Shown here: positions 34,029-38,888 of the stretch, in pieces
Layout: every line of letters begins with the position of its first letter
Numbering within the stretch: the first letter of the stretch is position 1
Assembly (NCBI RefSeq): GCF_001194135.2
Contig: NC_068992.1
Location: 41,513,561-41,552,448, forward strand
Direction of reading: 5' to 3'
DNA length: 38,888 bases
From: Octopus bimaculoides
Lineage: Eukaryota
The notes under the pieces: model-generated
What the model was told of the DNA's origin: nothing
Databases searched by the model: none
What the model saw: the letters and a program-made list of their open reading frames with translations, nothing else
Translations under genes and position numbers: made by a program

Positions 34029-34309
34029 TTGCAAATGAACTCTTCTCGACTGACCTCTCTTCGAAAAAGCTTTCTCAAAAAGAGAATATGTATTAAGATT
34101 TAACTCTACAACAATTATCAAGATAGTATTTATAGCAGTTCTTAAATTGTCCTAAATGTAAATTAATCTGAAAAAAAAATTAATAAGATAAGACATATAT
34201 AAAGTTCACTCGAAAAAAGTTATTGTTTTTATATAGGGGAGATAACCCAAGTTCTTAGTGGGGAGATAACCCCATTTTTAACGGCAACTTTTAAATGGGG
34301 GTGAGATAA

Positions 34310-35330
34310 CGAAAAGTACCTACAAAATGAGCCCACAAAATCCTGTTTTATGTAAAGGCTCAAAAGAATTGTGGAAATCTAAACACCCAGAATTAGACTT
34401 TCCCATAAATCTTTTAAAAGAATAAACACAACTTTTCATTAGATGTAAATTGATACATCTAACAGGCATATCTGATTAAAAGCAGGCTGAGACTATAAAG
34501 CCAGCTATTGGGGACAATCATTCTAATTCCACTGTTGCACAGACAGAACGGTCAGTGAAATGTAGCAGTAAACACACCAACAATTTTGTTGAAATCCACC
34601 CCACTTCCACTGATGGACAGACAAAACAGCTAAATCTAATAGGGAGCAATACACCAAAAATTTAGCTGAGATCTATACCTATGCTGAACAAAGAGAACAC
34701 CAAAAACTTGTGGACACTTTACAAGTGATCTGAGATGATCTGCTTCAACAGGTCTACAAACTTATTTTAAATGACAGGGCATACAATACAAGTATAAGAA
34801 AGGCACACAGTAAAATTATAATTAGATGCAGTAAACGTAATCGTATCAAATATTTGAAGACCAACAATGTAAATGTATCAAAACAACTTCCGAAATCATG
34901 AAGGTTTTTTTTTTATGACATTTCAGTTATGACATTTTCATTGTTTTGCAAAGCGCTGAAGGTTACGCTATCGCGGTTCAAGCATGGGTATACAACTGAA
35001 AAATAACATTTTATTCCTGCGAAAATGTATCCCATAGATCGTTGTAGTTATGAAATGTAACAGAGAAAACAACTTTACATATCATGAGGACTTGAGGAAA
35101 AACTATAGAAACGATTTGGTGATACAGGTTTCAAAGATCTAAAACCGAAACAGTCACAGCTGAAACCAATAACTCACAGCTTCAGCTGAAAACTAAAATA
35201 TAAATCTACAATATATAACTCGCAAATGCTCAATAAATTCTTTGTCAAAGAAGCCAAGTAAGTTTATCGCAGTCGAAAATAGCAGGGTATGAGAAACCTG
35301 AATTCTCCTTCAATCCACCATACTCCTACT
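34310..35330 (+). mobile_element. Degenerate N-terminal ORF region of an R4/Dong-like retrotransposon
   Basis: YLQNEPTKSCFM*RLK/ELWKSKHPE..., later LKTKI*IY and QMLNKFFVKEAK*VYRS..NSPS, resembling the RxxxLWxxxxP and QNxxFxxxxKxFYR motifs that precede the RT. Confidence 0.45.
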
Positions 35331-35582
35331 TGCGTACATATATTGATATAATATATACACTCGTCGGACCGTTGTGCTCTGAAGATATAGGCACGAGTAA
35401 TACGCATAGCATTGGCACTGCTGCCAAATAATCTGTCAGTGAATTCCTCATTATACCCTTTACAACCTCATTCATAAGCTATAATAAATGGTAATTGGTT
35501 CCGGATTATTTTTATTGCGATGAGGAATACTTTCATGTCTTTATTTTTAAAAAAGTCACAATTATTCTTCATCAAAGATTAA

Positions 35583-35850
35583 ACCTGTATTTACATATAT
35601 TTCCCTTAAACATATATTTACATGTATTTCTTTTAAACTTGTATTTACATGTATTTCCCTTAAACATGTATTTCCCTTAAACATGTATTTACATGTATTT
35701 CCCTTAAACATGTATTTCCCTTAAACATGTATTTCCCTCAAACATGTACTTAACATGTATTTCCCTTAAACCCGTATTTACATTATTTCCCTTAAACATG
35801 TATTTACATGTATTTCCCTTAAACATGTATTTAACATGTATCTCCCTTAA
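35583..35850. repeat. Two-module minisatellite (17-bp ACATGTATTTCCCTTAA x11; 10-11-bp ACATGTATTT x8)
   Basis: Parsed directly; module order BABABAABAAABABABABA. Confidence 0.95.
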
Positions 35851-36076
35851 CCCATTAAGTCCCAGAGTACTTAAATTTCTGAATATTACTTTTAAATTTT
35901 TACAGATGATTGAAAATAGGTTAAAATGAAAAAAAAAAAAATTATCAAAACTCCTTTACTCCAAGTAGAAATGGAAAAACTCGGTCTCCTACAAATAGGA
36001 CACTGGGACAATGTGATATAACTTATTTACTGTTCTCATTTAGTGTCCTATTTATAGGACAGTGGGACTTAATGGG
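35851..36076. mobile_element. piggyBac-type MITE (226 bp)
   Basis: TTAA on both sides (35847-35850, 36077-36080), perfect 14-bp TIR CCCATTAAGTCCCA, internal inverted repeat AAATAGGACACT (35993-36004 / 36042-36053). Confidence 0.9.
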
Positions 36077-37282
36077 TTAAACGAAAGAAACAAATTTGTT
36101 ACTTTACCGACTGAAAGATTATGCAAAATAGATTGAAGTGGCACAAAGAAATAATTTCACTAAACAGAAGGAAGTTTGCAAGTGGACTAACTTCTCTATT
36201 GACTTCAGGTATTAGTAATGTTCCCATTATTTTCATTGTGTCTCTCTTTCTTATTCCAGTCTCCCTGGCTTTATCTTGCCGTTTCATCTCTGATTACTTG
36301 ATTGTAGAATATTCACTACCATTATTTTTAATGGCGAATTAGGAAAAAAATATATGTTGACCAAAAATAAACCACAAAATTTATTTTTCTTTGCTTTGGT
36401 TATAAGAATTCGATGATTGAATTAAGAATATCAACTGTTAATTTCATTTTATTTTTCTGAATAAATTACATGAAAATCATATTTATCTGTCTATAACGTA
36501 TAACAGACAGATATACCGACGGACAGAGGAACACGAAACATATATGAATCAACTCTATCTTCTGCAAATTATGTATTGTGCTAATTAAGTGAGAAGGGAA
36601 AGAATAATTACTTTCGTAGCGAAGAAATTTGTTTCATCTCATCTTCGGAAGCACTTTATAATTGTCGATAAAATAATATTTGAATGAAATTAGGAAAATA
36701 TTTGCTGCAGTATTCATCATTGAGACATTAGAGTAATAAGTGAAATAGTGAGGCCACATACGTGAAAGAGAACAAAGATGTGGCATTTTCAAGAAGGTAT
36801 TGCAATGCTTTATTTTCTAGATTACGTGTGGGTCTTAATGTTTATTCACCGCAATTTAAAATTTCATGATTTATAAATAGCGGCCACTAAAACAAGGGAA
36901 AAAAGAACTAGAACAATATAATTTACAGCTCATTAGATATTGTGAATACAGAAAAGTTCAAAGAGCTAAAATAGAGGAGAAACATTCTTTAATAATTCGC
37001 TTCCAACTATTATCATAAAATGTAAATGAAAAATCTCAAAGGAAAGCTGCAATACAAACCACAGTCAAATGATACACGAAAAAGAATAAAAATCAACTTC
37101 AGCGCAGCTGGACATCACAGCAGGATATTTTATTTATGAATAAATATGAAGGCATCTTTGTTGGGTTTCCTAACACAAAATTAATGAGGAGAAAAGTTTA
37201 GTCATTAATGTATGGTACAAATGGAGTTCGGCAGAGAATGTTGTTTAAACTGTTTTCGCCAAATATTATAGAGAAAATACTC

Positions 37283-37495
37283 TTTTCTACTCTAGGCACA
37301 AGGCCTGAAATTTTTGGATAGGGCACCAATCGATTAGATCGACTACAGTACACAACTGGTACTTAATTTATCGACCCCAAAAGGATGGAGGGCAAATTCG
37401 ACCTCGGTGGAATTTGAACTCAGAACGTAAAGACATACAAAATACCGCTAAGCATTTCACTCGGCGTGCTAACTTTTCTGCCAGCTCGCCACCTT
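37283..37495 (-). mobile_element. Family A SINE (well preserved)
   Basis: Minus strand AAGGTGGCGAGCTGGCAGAAAAGTTAGCACGCC...GAGTTCAAATTCCACCGAGGTCGAATTTGCC...GGGGTCGATAAATTAAGTACCAG. AATATTA occurs on both flanks. Confidence 0.92.
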
Positions 37496-37764
37496 ATTAA
37501 AGAAATAATATTAGCACAAAGATGGGAGTATGTGGAATGAACACGAGTATAATATTGTTGCAGAGAAATGCAAGAAATAAGAAGCGAGAAAATTATATAT
37601 TTAGATGAAGAGATGCGGGAAAGATGAACATGGAGTAAATGGACTGGAAAGGATCATGCAAAGGAGTAGAAAAAATAGACTAGAGAATGATTTTTAGGAC
37701 AGGAGAGATACTTAGGGGGAAGAAAATGTGGGAAACATTTGAAAAGGTGATAAACAAAAACAAA

Positions 37765-37835
37765 AAACTGTGCCATGCAGTGGGATCGAACCTTTGACAT
37801 GTGTTTGGGTAGCAAGTTTCACACAGCACAGCCCT
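37765..37835 (-). mobile_element. Family B SINE head fragment
   Basis: Minus strand GGCTGTGCTGTGTGAAACTTGCTACCCAAACAC...GGTTCGATCCCACTGCATGGCAC. Confidence 0.65.
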
Positions 37836-38039
37836 GTCTACGCCAGGGTTCGTTTAAGGTGTCATTGAGATGTTTTTCCTTATATATGTGAAACTAGTTG
37901 GTAACATGCGCAGGCTTGTGTTGTTAGAGTAATCATACACGTCATATAGTTCTTGTCATGTTTACAAAAGAAAGCCTGCCTTCTTGATTTTTAGATTATG
38001 TATATGGTGTTCTGTGGCGCAGAGAGCATCAGATACACC

Positions 38040-38106
<67 letters not shown>

Positions 38107-38119
38107 NNNNNNNNNNAAG

Positions 38120-38700
38120 GGAACACACCACTGCCGTTTAGCCCTAGGAAGCTGGACCGCTTCCTGTCGGCCTTGACACAATTACTGTGTCCTTAAGTTT
38201 GCGAGGGGGAGACAAGCTCCTCCACCCAGCCTAGCCAGCATTCAGGGACTTGTTTCTGAGTCTTTGCTCGTCATCAGCAAATTCCATTTGTTTATCTGTG
38301 TATTGCATTATATTTTGTTCTTATTGTTATCAGTTTATAGGGATTTTATTGTCATATGTTGTGGTTTGTTGGGTGTGTGTACTAGCGTTCCATTCCAGTT
38401 TCCTATTCAGGCTAGGTTTATCATCTATTATATGTGTAGCTTCTGTAATGTGTCTAAGTGCTGCGTCAGTTCTATGTGTGGACAAGATTTTAATTTCTAT
38501 GTTTTTGTGTGATCCTCCGTGTTCCTGCTCAGCGTGCTGGTACAGAACTGATGAGCTCTTCTCTTCCTTAACTTTCCTCCAAAGTTCATTTACCCGCTCT
38601 CCTACGCTCCGTGCTGTTTCCCCTACGTACGTCGTTGTCTTATTACTGCATCGTCCCTCTGTACATCATATACAGAAGTGTGACGAAAGAACTCTGGCCG
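38120..38700 (-). mobile_element. Third PLE 3' end: GIY-YIG endonuclease (38330-38690) and pseudo-LTR
   Basis: CI*CTEGRCSNKTTTYVGETARSVGERVNELWRKVKEEKSSSVLYQHAEQEHGG...LRHITEATHIIDDKPSLNRKLEW, carrying the Y-x-GETARS-x-x-ER, H-x-x-x-x-H, R-x-I-x-EA and LN-x-K-x-EW motifs. Confidence 0.85.
38247..38277 (-). ncRNA. Minimal hammerhead-ribozyme-like core
   Basis: Minus strand CTGATGA-C-GAG-CAAAGA-CTC-A-GAAA-C-AA-GTC: intact core boxes, 3-bp stem II, 2-bp stem III; stem I imperfect. Confidence 0.6.
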
Positions 38701-38888
38701 AAATACGATTAATGTAATATAAAGCTGAAGCAAATTAACACCAAATATATAGTGCGTGTGTTTTATTGGCCAAACTGGTAACATGACCATCCCAAAATAC
38801 AACAATATATGTTTCAACACATGATTTCACATCAAGAATCTTGCAAAACAAATATATATATACATACATATATATATACATATATACA

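Noticed and set aside
38250-38717. 155-aa hydrophobic plus-strand ORF
   Set aside because: Antisense to the PLE GIY-YIG frame, which carries the recognisable motifs.

Overview
AT-rich, gap-ridden eukaryotic DNA with no prokaryotic operons, rRNA or CRISPR. The repeat content (tRNA-derived SINEs, dense AT/CA/TAA microsatellites) points to a coleoid cephalopod, probably Octopus; this is an inference. The window is mostly transposon remains: (1) three distinct Penelope-like elements (PLEs): a GIY-YIG 3' end at 1-860, a Naiad-type RT with an in-frame poly-Asn expansion at 24062-26450, and a second GIY-YIG type at 38120-38700. Two of them carry hammerhead-ribozyme-like cores. (2) A ~4 kb L1/Tx1-type LINE on the minus strand (11345-15410) with zinc-knuckle ORF1 and RT but no AP endonuclease domain. 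(3) Four R4/Dong-like RLE-retrotransposon fragments, three of them beside TAA arrays. (4) A CR1/L2-like LINE 3' end whose tail matches a SINE family in the same window. (5) About 20 SINE copies from 3 families. (6) Tigger/pogo, mariner and piggyBac-type DNA transposon pieces, a probable solo LTR and a two-module minisatellite. No complete host gene can be supported; there are only a few low-confidence exon candidates, one ankyrin-like. Most ORFs in the supplied track are microsatellite or N-gap artefacts. I found no evidence for a wholly new multi-gene system; the best leads are TE-biology oddities listed in the findings. Many element boundaries are approximate.
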